From contig OZ024740.1 in NCBI GenBank assembly GCA_964016885.1, positions 272,118,001 to 272,182,000 on the forward strand: 64,000 nucleotides of DNA. The letters run 5' to 3'. The position numbers and the translations under genes were made by a program. Shown here piece by piece: positions 1 to 12,894 of the stretch (its first letter is position 1; the number at the start of each line of letters is the position of its first letter). A model generated the notes under the pieces. It was not told where the DNA came from. It saw only the letters and a program-made list of their open reading frames with translations, and made no database searches. Origin of the DNA: Eledone cirrhosa (taxonomy: Eukaryota).

Positions 1-180
1 TCCAGATGTTCCCTACTCCAGTTTTGTGGCCTTGGAAACATTCCCATCCCTAAACATCACAACCATCATACTTCTACTTAATCAGGGCTTAATATAAAAA
101 TAACAAGCAAACGAAAACCAAGCGTTATAAAATAAAAGATTGAATCCCAAGTAAAGCTCTTTGGATAAAGATAGTTAATT

Positions 181-453
181 GTTGCAGTTGTTGTTGTCAT
201 TGTTGTTGTTGTTGTTGTTATTGTTGGTATTGTTGTTGTTGTTGTCGTCGTCGTCGTCGTCGTCGTTGTTGTTGTTGTTGTTGTTGTTGTCGTTCTTGTT
301 GTTGTTGTTGTTGTTATAGTTGTTGTTGTTATTGTTGGTATTGTTGTTGTTGTTGTTGTCGTCGTCGTCGTCGTTGTTGTCGTCGTTGTTGTTGTTGTTG
401 TTGTTGTTGTTGTCGTCGCCGTCGTTCTTGTTCTTGTTGTTGTTGCTGCTGCT

Positions 454-515
<62 letters not shown>

Positions 516-601
516 GTCGTCGTTATCGTTGTCGTTGTTGTTGTTGTCGTTGTTGCTGTTGTTGTTGTCGTCGTTGCTGTTGCTGTTGTTGTTGTCGTCG
601 T

Positions 602-632
<31 letters not shown>

Positions 633-766
633 ACTGTTGTTATTGTTGTTGTTGTCGTTGTTGTTGTTGCTGTTGTTGTTGTTGTTGATGTTGTTGCTGT
701 TGTTGTTGCTGTTGTTGTTGTCGTCGTTGTTGTTGTCGTCGTTGTTGTTGTTGTTGTTGTCGTTGC

Positions 767-817
<51 letters not shown>

Positions 818-945
818 CGTTGCTGTTGTTGTTGTCGTTGTTATCACCGTTGTTACTGTTGTCATTGTTTTTGTTGTTATTATCGTCATTGTTGTTGTTA
901 TTATCGTCATTGTTGTTGTTGTTAGTGTTGTCATTGTTGTGGTTT
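181..945. repeat. (GTT)n/(GTC)n trinucleotide microsatellite array
   Basis: Continuous degenerate GTT/GTC/GCT repeats; source of the spurious poly-Leu/Thr/Cys ORFs. Confidence 0.95.
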
Positions 946-1554
946 TAACCAGGTCAGCTCTGATTGAGCTGACCATTGACCACATATTGTAGCATAATTA
1001 CCTGTTTTGTTTTGTTTGTTTCAGACATAATATATGCAAGACAATCGTTGATAAAAGAGGGACAAAAGACGGCTACTGCTGTTGTTTAGCCTGAACCCCA
1101 CTTGAATCAAGTAGAATATGATCAAAAGCGTTTTAATCATAGCCATTATATCTTTTAAGGGTTATGCAAGATTATATGAAGGGTCCGAATTGGCAGAGTC
1201 GTTAGAAAATCAGATAGAGTGCCTCATGTAATTTGTTCTGGGTCTCTGAGCTCTGATTTTAAATTCCACTGGAGTCAACTCGCTTTTCATTTATCTTGGG
1301 TCAATAACTAAATTACCAGTTAAGCAAATTATTTTCCCCTCTTTCTCCCCGCTGTCTTTATCTCTAAATCGGCTAAGTTGTGTTGCGTGAAGAGTCGTGG
1401 GCGACCATTGACAATGTCCTTTTATCCCGAAATGTAGAAGGATTGAGCAAAGGACTAGGAACAGTCTCTTATAGAAAGAAATAATGTGCACGGAGTGGAA
1501 ATTAGGATTAAGAATTAAGGATTATATTATCTAGTATGTCCTTCATGTTTTTGA

Positions 1555-1860
1555 AGGTGTGTGGCTTAGTGACCAGAGTGCTGGGCGCACGAGTGTAAGG
1601 TCATGAGCTCGATTCTCGGATTGGATGGCGTATTGTGCCCTTGAGCAAGACACTTTAGTTCACGTTGCTGCAGTTTACTGATTCGGGTTGCGACGACACT
1701 GGTGTTAAGCTGCATCGGCTTTGGCTTTTCCCTTGGACAGCATCGGTGTGATAAGAGAGCGGATAGTTTCATACACGGCCGATTGCTGATCTTCCACAAA
1801 ACAGGCTTGTGCCTCGGAGTGACGAACCCATGATCAAGCAGTCATGGATAGAAAAGTCAT
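1555..1860 (+). mobile_element. tRNA-derived SINE, family B (CORE-like central domain)
   Basis: A-box-like GTGGCTTAGTG, B-box-like CTCGATTC, then TGTGCCCTTGAGCAAGACACT; homologous to 20030-20350, 43575-43918 and 44465-44745. Confidence 0.7.
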
Positions 1861-2789
1861 GAACGAATTTAAGATAGTTAGGTATGATTAAGAATGATCC
1901 AGCTGTTATTTCTAGTAGATAGAGACGCCTCCTTGTTAGTTGAGCATCCAGATGATGACCAAAAAGATTCAAGCCTAAGAATGCCAACTTTTTTCTAATG
2001 TGTTCTATTTTTATGACGTTAGGCCACGGACTGAGGAAAATTCGACAGCTATTTTCTGATATGCCAGGAAACCAGGTAGAAGTTTCCTAACTAGCTGAAG
2101 ACTTTGACATAAAACTTCCGTGTATTTTACAGAACTGATCTATGAAAAATAGATATATAGATAAATAAAAATTATTATAAGTAAACTAGCATCAGTATTT
2201 GGCTTTGCTTGGGTTTATAAAAAGTATTCATCCTTTTAAGGTAAATAAAATAGTACCAGTCAAGTACTGGGTCAATTGTGCCTCTATACCTCTTTCTCAC
2301 TCCTCCCCTCTCTCTATTTCATTTTTTATCCTTTTCTGAAAGATATCTGTTGTATTAAGGTCTGGAGAGGGATGTTCTCGGCCAGGTTTAAAATGCCCGA
2401 AAAGCGCCTTATGTCAATACGGTACCCCTACAACTCCATCAGGTGATACGGGGACATAACATAGAATGTATCAGAAAAAGCCATATAGCCAACGACCTTC
2501 TTCTTTAACCGTTTAGCATTTACAATACTTTATATATACTATTATATTTTTGTGTTAAAGGCTTTATCTCACATAATTATCCCACATAATATGGAATCTA
2601 TGGGATTTTGATATTATTTATTTTGAGAACAATACCTTTATATCAGTATGAGTCACTAGTTATGACCGGTTTTAACAGAAAAAGGTGAGAGAATTCAGGC
2701 CGGATATAGCCGGTTTAAATGCTAAAGAGTTAAAAGATATGTCTCAATGCACATTTCAGAAACCATGGCAAAAACTGTGGCTTAGTTTC

Positions 2790-3215
2790 AACATACAAAG
2801 ATACATGCATGCATACATACATATATACATAAAAAGATAGATACATAGATACATACATACACACCTACATACCTACATACATATACAGATACATACATAC
2901 TTACATATATAGATACATAAATACATGCATACATAGATACATACATACATACATACACACCTACATACCTACATACATATATATATATATACATACATAT
3001 ATATACACATACATAAATACATGTATACATAGATACATACCTACATACATATACAGATACATACATACTTACATATATAGATACATAAATACATGCATAC
3101 ATAGATACATACATACATACATACACACCTACATACCTACATACATATATAGATATATACATACATATATATATACACATACATAAATACATGTATACAT
3201 AGATACATACATACA

Positions 3216-3247
<32 letters not shown>

Positions 3248-3250
3248 CAC
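2790..3250. repeat. (ATAC)n compound microsatellite with higher-order repeats
   Basis: Direct reading. Confidence 0.9.
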
Positions 3251-3505
3251 ATTGTTATGAATTGAGATAAAATAATATGAAAGAAAAACAACAAAATTGT
3301 AGGGAAAAGACATACACACAAAAAAGAGCATTTGATAAAGTAATCGAAGCTGGAATCGGTCAAAAACTAATACAGAGAATTTATAGCAAGAGAAAAAAAG
3401 TAAAACTTTCCAGAAAACTAAAATAAATTCAAAACAATTGAAAGAATATGAAATATTACCAAAACAAAAACTAAGAACGAATGTAGATATGTAAATATAA
3501 AGATG

Positions 3506-3568
<63 letters not shown>

Positions 3569-3639
3569 AGAGTAAATGAGAAAATTCATATGTATTGTAG
3601 TAGAAATTGCATCTTTTATATCTCCACAGTTAATTCATT

Positions 3640-3860
3640 TGGTCCTCAATGTTTATCATTGACTGACCAACGGTCAAAAATACAGATATAATATAGATAT
3701 AAACACATATATATATAGTCTAACAAAGTTCTTTCGTTGCACATCTGCAACATCATCAGTGGTACTATTATGTTCCTCCTGTTGTATTGTATGTCTACGC
3801 CATGTTTATTTTATCTGTTTATTTATTTCGACACACGATTTCATATCAAAAACCTCGCAA

Positions 3861-3866
<6 letters not shown>
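3640..3866 (-). mobile_element. PLE pLTR-like fragment with HHR (same family as 62843-64000)
   Basis: 3640-3825 matches 63020-63200; 3826-3862 is the reverse complement of 62857-62895; abuts (TA)n. Confidence 0.7.
3723..3762 (-). ncRNA. Minimal hammerhead ribozyme-like motif
   Basis: Minus strand: cca CTGATGA t GTTGCA gatg TGCAAC GAAA gaac TT tgt; 6-bp stem II; stems I and III weak. Confidence 0.6.
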
Positions 3867-3925
<59 letters not shown>

Positions 3926-4344
3926 AAAATATTATAAAATAAGAAGGAATAATAGACACAATATATACCTATTTTTTCTTCGTCCCGACTGTACAGTTTC
4001 GCTGGTCACTATGCAAAAATGTTATATCATAGATATGTAACATTGTTGTGAGGTAAGCCAGCTTATCAAGGGAGCACCTCAGGGAAGAGCCCTAACTACA
4101 TACGTCCGTAGCATGCGAGAACATCTCAAAAAGGCGGAGGGAGACTCTATCACGTGATACACCGGTCAAGAAAGGGGATTAATCCCTTGTAGCAGTGAAA
4201 CATATCTCAGAAGGCGGAGGGGGATATTAATATGATACAGAGGCTACAGAGGGGTGGTAAGGTTGACTAGAAGTGTATATAGTGTTTGCTTGAAAGCAGT
4301 CACTATACTTCCGTGGTTACTCTACCGTGAGGGAGTTAGAGACA

Positions 4345-4770
4345 ATAATTGTTTCTACTTTAGGCACGAGGCCAGCAATTATCTCAGTGCATTACTGGTA
4401 CTTTATTTTATCGACCCCGTAAGGATGAAAGGCAAAGTTAACCTCGACGGGATTTGAACTCAGACCGTAAAGGGACCTAACTATGCTGCAAAGCATGGCG
4501 TCCGACCCTCTACCGATACTGCCAATTCACAATAAATGTTTCTACGTTAGGCACAAAGCCAGCAATTACCCAGTGCATTACTGGTACTTTATTTTATTGA
4601 CCCGTAAGGATGAAAGGCAAAGTCAACCTCGGCGGGATTTGAACTCAGATCGTAAAGGGACGTAACTATGCTGGAAAGCATGGCGTCCGACTCTCTACCG
4701 ATACTGCCAATCCACCGCCAATTCACAATAATTGTTTCTACTTTAGGCACAAGGCCAATTCACAATAATG
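4345..4770 (-). mobile_element. Tandem tRNA-derived SINEs, family A (two near-full copies plus a 3' fragment)
   Basis: Consensus TGGCAGTATCGGTAGA (A box) ... GAGTTCAAATCC (B box) ... GCCTTTCATCCTTACGGGGTCGATAAAATAAAGTACCAG ... GTAGAAACAATT; about 15 copies in the window. Confidence 0.85.
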
Positions 4771-4802
4771 AGAGGTATACAGATATATGTGCATACATAC
4801 AT

Positions 4803-5735
<933 letters not shown>

Positions 5736-5830
5736 TATCTATATATCTATATCTATATCTATCTATATATATATATATATATATTAATTCAAAATATCAA
5801 CAAATATAGACATTCGTGTGATCAAGTATA

Positions 5831-5893
5831 TTTTATTATACATATTTCAGAGGTACTGAGCTATCTTCAACAGTACGTCCTCATCAGATAAAA
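5831..5893 (-). ncRNA. Minimal type-I hammerhead ribozyme
   Basis: Minus: TTTTAT CTGATGA ggac GTACTG..CAGTAC ctct GAAA TATGTA TA^ATAAAA; 6-bp stem I; related to the 59937-59994 HHR. Confidence 0.7.
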
Positions 5894-5974
5894 TAAGATG
5901 ATGCATGACATACCTTGACTAAGTAGATGGTTAAAATTCAGTGATTTATTCATTGAACCTTGTTTAACCTTTAA

Positions 5975-6490
5975 ATATATATATATATAAATAAAATTGT
6001 AGTTCCTGTCTGTTTGTTTGTTTGTTTGTTTGTTCACGAACTCTTCCTATGGTTTTGGAGATAGACCCCCATAACTATATATAATCTGAAACTACATTGC
6101 CCAGGTTACTTGGATAAGTACATTTCATGTTAATCAAAGGGTTCCCCAGGGCACAGACCGCCGCTGAAAATTTTTTTCATTCGATTTATATGAAATTTAA
6201 ACCATAGGTAAATGACAAGATATGATACCTATTCACAAAAGTTTTGAATTGATATTTTGAAAAAAATTATTTACAAGAAACAAAATAAGAATAAGATTTA
6301 ATAATGTAATTTTGATTTTATATATTATAAAAAATAATGTTTTCGAATTTTTCATGCATTACATTTTACATTGAGTAATATTGAAATGCAGAGTTTTCTC
6401 CATAAATTATATCATTGATTTAAAATCAATCATCATTTTCTTAAAAAAAAAAATGTGTGAAACTCTTTTAACCATCTTTTGTTCTTATAT
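5975..6490 (+). mobile_element. Possible non-autonomous Helitron/HINE-like fragment
   Basis: TATATATAAATAAAA..CTGTCTGTTTGTTTG start is typical of such elements; the other end was not identified. Confidence 0.3.
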
Positions 6491-6579
6491 ATTATGTATA
6501 CTCCAGTCCTACAAACTGTAGAGTGCTTCTTATCCGATATCTGCATTGCTTTATTGTACTACAATAAAACTCACCTCCT

Positions 6580-6639
<60 letters not shown>

Positions 6640-6673
6640 AGATTTGAATGGATACAGTTTAGTTGAAAGGAAT

Positions 6674-6793
6674 TTATTGACACGTGTTTCTATAACAGTT
6701 ACATAACCTAAAACAGCTGCTATCTACAAACTTTTAGTTATGCAGACATTCAATATTTCAATGTTATTATTTACTGTCATTTCATCAGAATAA
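6674..6793 (-). ncRNA. Hammerhead ribozyme in PLE 3' region (mirror copy)
   Basis: Reverse complement of 11093-11212. Confidence 0.85.
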
Positions 6794-7373
6794 TATTACT
6801 GAGGACCTATTTAGTTTTTATAGAGAATATTAGGAGGGAGGGGTGAAGTTGTTAGAAGAATAGTTGAAGGAGTGGTTTTTCGATAGCAGTGAGAATTCTT
6901 GGTGGCAGTGAGTAATTAGATTCCCATCTGTTGTTTTGACATTTTTTATAGAATATATTATTGGTTATTTTTCTAAATTTATAGAAGGATTAGAGATAGT
7001 AAAGATATGCGTGGTTGGTTTTGTGTTTGCACTTAATTAACATTCAGACTTAAATTTTTCTTTCAAGTGTACGTATCCTTTCACCCACGCATTCACACAC
7101 AAATATATTTGCACACCTCTACAAAATACATATACTCACAATTCACATATTCATACTTACATATATATACACATGCATACACATATATATAAACACATGT
7201 ATTCATGTACATACTTACGCGCTCGTGTGTATACATTTTCATACTCAACTTATCTTTATATACACACGTATAGACACACACATATATACATACTTACTCT
7301 AGTCCATGTGTACACACATACACATACATACACATCTATATACACATATATACATACATATACACATATATAC

Positions 7374-7430
<57 letters not shown>

Positions 7431-7745
7431 TATACATATATACACATACATACACATACATATATACATATATATAAGCACTTTAATACATGAATACACT
7501 TACATCTAACTATACACATCAAACATATATATATATTTACTTATTTATATACATTTTCACATATATATACATACTTATGGACGTTTTTAGACACATTCAT
7601 TATCGCATATTTGCACCTATTCTCATCAGCATATCTTTCCATTATTAGTGTGGTAATTTAAGGTTATTAATATATGTTGAGAATAGATTGTTTTTATATT
7701 TTTCTAACTAGATTAAGGTTTATATAGTTGGGGGATGTCCCTCTT

Positions 7746-9683
7746 TTATGTAATATTCGGCTTGTAGTGGGAAAAAAGGGTTTTAGTTCTGTGACGGCAG
7801 AATAATGTTCGTTCAATTCTGTTATTCAGCAGTTTCTTCTTGTGTGAGATTATGTAATAAATCTCAAGATTACACAATTTGCAGAAATTTTGGCTCCTGG
7901 AAAAGCTTTGGGTTTTAGCTAATTTCTCCCATTTTAGGGTAAACTTTTGATCGCTATCCCTGAGCGTCCAAGCTTTTTCTGCTAAAGTTGTTACATTTCT
8001 TTGGCTCTGGTGTTTTATTGAGTAAGAATGCCTATACAATCGAGATTTAAACGATGTTGCCGTTGATCCCACGTAATACCACTCGTTGCCTCCGGATTTA
8101 ATGGTACACTTATAAATAATATTTTTTTCCAGGCAGTTATTGCCGAGGGGGCAGTTGTCAGGATAGGTGCAGTTACAGTTGTGTACGTTGGGTTTTCTCT
8201 GGAGTAGTATTGCGGACGAACTTAGGTGTGGTTTATTTATGTTCTGTAGTGTATTGTCTACTGTTTTTTTTGTGTTCTTTGTACTTAAGTTCTTAGTGTT
8301 TTCGTTTAACCTTCTAGTATTGATCTTTTTTATGTGTTGTTCAAGGCTTAACGCTGTAGAGTATGACAGTCTTATAGTGGTAGGGTTTAGGATTTTGTGG
8401 TATTTGTGTGATGTGGGAAAATGTCTTTTAATTATTTTAAAGAAGAGTACTGGTAAATTTGTACTAATGGAACTATTGTATTCGGGGTTATACCATAAGT
8501 ACTCTTTGCATCGCTTTCTATTAGTTTTGTTTGTTGGTTTACTGGTGTGCATACTATGGTAGTAAGTGTGGTTTGGTGTTGTGTTATTATATCTACCTAT
8601 GTGGGATTTATTTTGGGTGTTTTGATTGTTCCCATCTATGTACTCTATTTTGTTGAGGTAGCCTGCTTTACTAAGGGCGTTATCGTAGTACTCGGCGTGT
8701 TCCTTAAAAACTTGTATGTTAGAAGATAGACCCGAGATTCTAAGGGAAATATTTTTAGGGATAGATTTAATTATAGAGATGGGGTGGTTAGACCCAACAT
8801 TTACGTATTTGAGATTTTCATTCAATTTATGAAACGGTTTAATCAAACCAGAGTTTAAATTGAGTGTGACATCCAGGAAGTTAACTACTTTAAGGTTGTA
8901 TTCATATGTTATAGTTAGTCCTATTTCGAGTAGTAGTTTTCTTATATCTTTGCGTAGTTTTTCTAGTTTTTGGTTATTAAGGTTTTTAGCTAGGAGGAGA
9001 ACATCGTCGCGGTATATTCCGCCGTGGAGATTGCTGAATTTTTCCTGGAGTCTAAAGGCGATAAATAACCCCACAATATCAGTTATTTCCGCCGAATCGT
9101 TAGAGCCCATTGTTATGTCAAAGTTAGAGGGTCTATCTTTACGTACCCAATAACTGTTCTCAAATTTGACTATAGTTTTCCTAGCTTCTAATATAATCTT
9201 AATTTCATCGTTTGTAAGGTCAGAGTTATCCTTAGCAAACTTAATGGCTCTATTCAAAGTTTCAGGTGATATCGATGAGTAATATTCATCGATATCAAAC
9301 TGGATAAACTTAGATTTATTCTTATTGCTAATGCTATTAAACCATCTTATTGCTTCTTGGGTCTTCCCCCAGAGTTTAATGTTAACCTTAGCCTTAATTT
9401 GGGGGATGATTCTATCTAAGATATATTTGCTTATTTTACCTATATCTGATTTAGAGGGGCAGATTAATCTAATTTTAGGGTCATTATCAAAGTTTACCTT
9501 GTGGTCCTTAAGATTGAAGGTGGGTACCGCCGGTAAGAGTGGTCCTGTCCTATCTTCGATTCCGAGATTTTTCACTATTTCGCATGCCTCATCATTGATG
9601 TGCTTAAGGGTTACTTCACTCGTTTTTCTATATTTTTTATGTAATTCTTTTCGAATGAAGTTGTTGTATGTAGTGCAATCCAT
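7746..9683 (-). CDS. PLE reverse transcriptase + C-terminal GIY-YIG endonuclease
   Basis: RT motifs KIRLICP, FIQFDIDEYYSSI, FDITMGSNDSAE, GIYRDD (9003-9014), VNFLDV, SNHP; Cys linker CNCTYPDNCPLGNNC; IIYK...YYVGST (GIY-YIG); C-terminal CKLC/CRH. The frame stays open upstream through KADKTSNLY to ~9752. Confidence 0.92.
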   Translation of the reverse strand: MDCTTYNNFIRKELHKKYRKTSEVTLKHINDEACEIVKNLGIEDRTGPLLPAVPTFNLKDHKVNFDNDPKIRLICPSKSDIGKISKYILDRIIPQIKAKVNIKLWGKTQEAIRWFNSISNKNKSKFIQFDIDEYYSSISPETLNRAIKFAKDNSDLTNDEIKIILEARKTIVKFENSYWVRKDRPSNFDITMGSNDSAEITDIVGLFIAFRLQEKFSNLHGGIYRDDVLLLAKNLNNQKLEKLRKDIRKLLLEIGLTITYEYNLKVVNFLDVTLNLNSGLIKPFHKLNENLKYVNVGSNHPISIIKSIPKNISLRISGLSSNIQVFKEHAEYYDNALSKAGYLNKIEYIDGNNQNTQNKSHIGRYNNTTPNHTYYHSMHTSKPTNKTNRKRCKEYLWYNPEYNSSISTNLPVLFFKIIKRHFPTSHKYHKILNPTTIRLSYSTALSLEQHIKKINTRRLNENTKNLSTKNTKKTVDNTLQNINKPHLSSSAILLQRKPNVHNCNCTYPDNCPLGNNCLEKNIIYKCTIKSGGNEWYYVGSTATSFKSRLYRHSYSIKHQSQRNVTTLAEKAWTLRDSDQKFTLKWEKLAKTQSFSRSQNFCKLCNLEIYYIISHKKKLLNNRIERTLFCRHRTKTLFSHYKPNIT

Positions 9684-9735
9684 AGTGTACAGGTTTGATG
9701 TTTTGTCCGCTTTTACTACAATTCCTTTGGTGTTT

Positions 9736-10010
9736 TTAAGGTCGCCCAGTAGTTTTTTTTATATCTTTCTGTAATTTGCTGTTGGTGTTGCGTCCTTTGA
9801 ATTTAATTTTAAGGATTAAGTTCATAAGGTCCTGCTCAAATGCATCTAATAGTGGGTTGGTGGGTGGGTTTTTACAAGTCCTAAAACCGAATTTGTTGTT
9901 TACACCACTTTCTAATGTTGAGTTCATACGGCTTCTATCATAGTGGAGCGTTTTCCACCTGACACGTCGAATGAATTCATTAGTTTTTTGAATCATACTC
10001 AATAAATATT
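9736..10010 (-). pseudogene. N-terminal part of the same PLE ORF, separated by a +1 homopolymer frameshift
   Basis: FIRRVRWK...FGFRT..PP..LDAFEQDL is Naiad-like; removing one T from T8 at 9753-9760 gives a continuous DIKKLLGDLKNTKGIVVKADKTSNLYTMD. Confidence 0.85.
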
Positions 10011-10447
10011 CCTGCTGAATAACAGAATCATACTCAATAAATATTCTGCTGAATAACAGAATTGAACGAACATTATTCTGCCGTCACAGAACTAAAACCC
10101 TTTTTTCCCACTACAAGCCGAATATTACATAAAAGAGGGACATCCCCCAACTATATAAACCTTAATCTAGTTAGAAAAATATAAAAACAATCTCTTCTCA
10201 ACATATATTAATAACCTTAAATTACCACACTAATAATGGAAAGATATGCTGATGAGAATAGGTGCAAATATGCGATAATGAATGTGTCTAAAAACGTCCA
10301 TAAGTATGTATATATATGTGAAAATGTATATAAATAAGTAAATATATATATATGTTTGATGTGTATAGTTAGATGTAAGTGTATTCATGTATTAAAGTGC
10401 TTATATATATGTATATATGTATGTGTATGTATGTGTATATATGTATA

Positions 10448-10503
<56 letters not shown>

Positions 10504-11092
10504 TATGTATATGTATATATGTGTATATGTATGTATATATGTGTATATAGATGTGTATGTATGTGTATGTGTGTACACATGGACTAGAGTAAGTATGTAT
10601 ATATGTGTGTGTCTATACGTGTGTATATAAAGATAAGTTGAGTATGAAAATGTATACACACGAGCGCGTAAGTATGTACATGAATACATGTGTGTATATA
10701 TATGTGTATGCATGTGTATATATATGTAAGTATGAATATGTGAATTGTGAGTATATGTATTTTGTAGAGGTGTGCAAATATATTTGTGTGTGAATGCGTG
10801 GGTGAAAGGATACGTACACTTGAAAGAAAAATTTAAGTCTGAATGTTAATTAAGTGCAAACACAAAACCAACCACGCATATCTTTACTATCTCTAATCCT
10901 TCTATAAATTTAGAAAAATAACCAATAATATATTCTATAAAAAATGTCAAAACAACAGATGGGAATCTAATTACTCACTGCCACCAAGAATTCTCACTGC
11001 TATCGAAAAACCACTCCCTCAACTATTCTTCTAACAACTTCACCCCTCCCTCCTAATATTCTCTCTAAAAACTAAATAGGTCCTCAGTAATA

Positions 11093-11212
11093 TTATTCTG
11101 ATGAAATGACAGTAAATAATAACATTGAAATATTGAATGTCTGCATAACTAAAAGTTTGTAGATAGCAGCTGTTTTAGGTTATGTAACTGTTATAGAAAC
11201 ACGTGTCAATAA
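11093..11212 (+). ncRNA. Type-I hammerhead ribozyme with extended stem II
   Basis: TTATT CTGATGA(11098) a ATGACAGT [~75-nt structured insert] ACTGTTAT a GAAA(11196) C-ACGT-G TC^AATAA; palindromic stem III; predicted cleavage after C11207. Confidence 0.85.
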
Positions 11213-11359
11213 ATTCCTTTCAACTAAACTGTATCCATTCAAATCTTTCTATTTTTCTCCGGATTACTTTTGGAACTACAACTGGAACCGTCGAGCAAAC
11301 TCTACGTGAGCTGATAATCTACTGTGTGTAATATTTATATTACAACACAACGGAAAATA

Positions 11360-11441
<82 letters not shown>

Positions 11442-11630
11442 TATATATATATATGTATACTATATATATATGTATACTATATTTATTAAAATAACAAATA
11501 ACACATTCAATTTTAAGCAAAGAATCGCGGCTTTCACCCTTTGCTTAAACTTTAATATTTGCTCTAGGGTTCTTATATATTTGATATATATTTATCCTTA
11601 TCGAACCCTTTTTATTATTATTACTATGTA

Positions 11631-11668
<38 letters not shown>

Positions 11669-11683
11669 TATATACATATTTTA

Positions 11684-12822
11684 TGTCAGGCCACTCTCGA
11701 GTGCTACTGGTAACATGTAACCGAGTACAACCTGTCGTATGGTCGGGTCGTCGGCGAGTAAACCGGCAACCCCATCAAGTTTACTTGGTGAGGAGGGTGA
11801 TTTTGGACATCCTGCATGACAAAAACAAAACCTGACAAAGGGCGGAAGAACTCATAAAAATTGTGTAAATATGTATATAGTGTATATAGTGTATATTTGG
11901 TAGCCTTGGTCGGCAATCTGTCTAGGAGAGGGACCACTCTGATTTCAAAGCCGCGGCGGACAGAGCTCTTTGGCCTTGATAGGCAATCTGTCAAACCAAT
12001 CCTGACTGGGTTAAACGACGACATTGGTAAGCAGGATGTCGGATCAGTAGATAAGGCAATGATCAAGTAACTGTGAATTTGGTTCATACTACTAGTGGCA
12101 AGGCGATCATATCAACTACTGTTGGCTGTTTCGGTGAGGCACAACCGCTTTAATACAGAGTACTGCTTTCACTTGTATGGAGTAGCGACCGCAAGTGTAT
12201 ATCCAGCTATTGAAAGCTAAATATGACGTCGCGCGGTTAAACAAGGAGCGCGTCCTGCAACGGATTCCCAGATTGCAGTCGAAAAATCAGATACTGGCAA
12301 ACATACACGGAGAAAACAACCACCCCAACTTGTACACGGAAAGAAAGACATCTTTGCTGGTACACTCAATGTTCAAACACCCCAGAAAGACCATAAAATC
12401 CCTGAACTGATTGCTTCAGCAGGGGCGACCAACCATGATGTTATCTGTCTTCAGGAGCACCGGTTCATACATGAAGAGCTTGTAACAAAGGAGCAAATAT
12501 TTGGCAATTGGAGGCTGATAACCTGCTCAGCTTAGAAAAACAACATGAATGCAGCAAATGGTGGAGTTGAAATGCTTTTCAGCCAGCGAGCCTATGATGC
12601 ACTTGCGAGTGTTGAAATGATAACATCAAGGATAATGATAGCTACGTTGGAGTCCATCTCATGGAGAAAGAAACGCTGGTCGTCCCAAGAAGACATACGT
12701 CAGGCAACTTGAGGACGATACTGGATGCACTGCGGAAGAACTGGCAAACGCTATGAGAGACAGAGATGGATGGAGGAAACGTGTCGTAGAAAGCCGAGCA
12801 AGCTCGACCTGATGGTGATGAT
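11684..12822 (+). mobile_element. Internally deleted RTE-clade LINE (5'UTR + APE N-terminus fused to the C-terminal tail)
   Basis: RTE-type 5'UTR motif GGAGAGGGACCACTCTGATTTCAAA; APE remnant GTLNVQT..DVICLQEHRF..NGGV..SRIMIATL (12350-12648); then WSPSHGERNAGRPKKTYVRQLEDDTG..MRDRDGWRKRV; short (GAT)n tail; (TA)-rich flanks. Confidence 0.8.
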
Positions 12823-12861
12823 ATACTATATACTATATACTATATACTATATACTATATAC

Positions 12862-12894
<33 letters not shown>

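Larger units (their letters stand above)
6636..11362 (-). mobile_element. Penelope-like retrotransposon (Naiad-type), 5'-truncated, with inverted 3'/pLTR copy, inserted in (TA)n
   Basis: RT-GIY-YIG ORF; 6636-7832 is a near-perfect inverted repeat of 10046-11251; HHR in both arms; (TA)n on both flanks. Confidence 0.93.

Noticed and set aside
320-985. Poly-Leu/Thr/Cys ORFs
   Set aside because: Translations of a (GTT)n microsatellite; no splice or domain evidence.
4345-4770. CRISPR-like or tRNA gene array
   Set aside because: Tandem SINE copies; no unique spacers, no cas genes, no full cloverleaf.
8167-9774. Plus-strand ORFs within the PLE
   Set aside because: Antisense shadows of the RT ORF.
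7746-10010. Selenocysteine recoding, as known for some Naiad PLEs
   Set aside because: No in-frame TGA in the visible ORF; the Cys motifs are ordinary Cys codons; no SECIS identified.
10248-10300. CTGATGAG in the PLE 3'UTR
   Set aside because: No paired stem II/GAAA follows.
11098-11145. Alternative compact HHR (CTGATGA aatg..catt GAAA tattgaatg TC)
   Set aside because: No stem I pairing after this TC; the longer fold ending at 11212 has complete stems.
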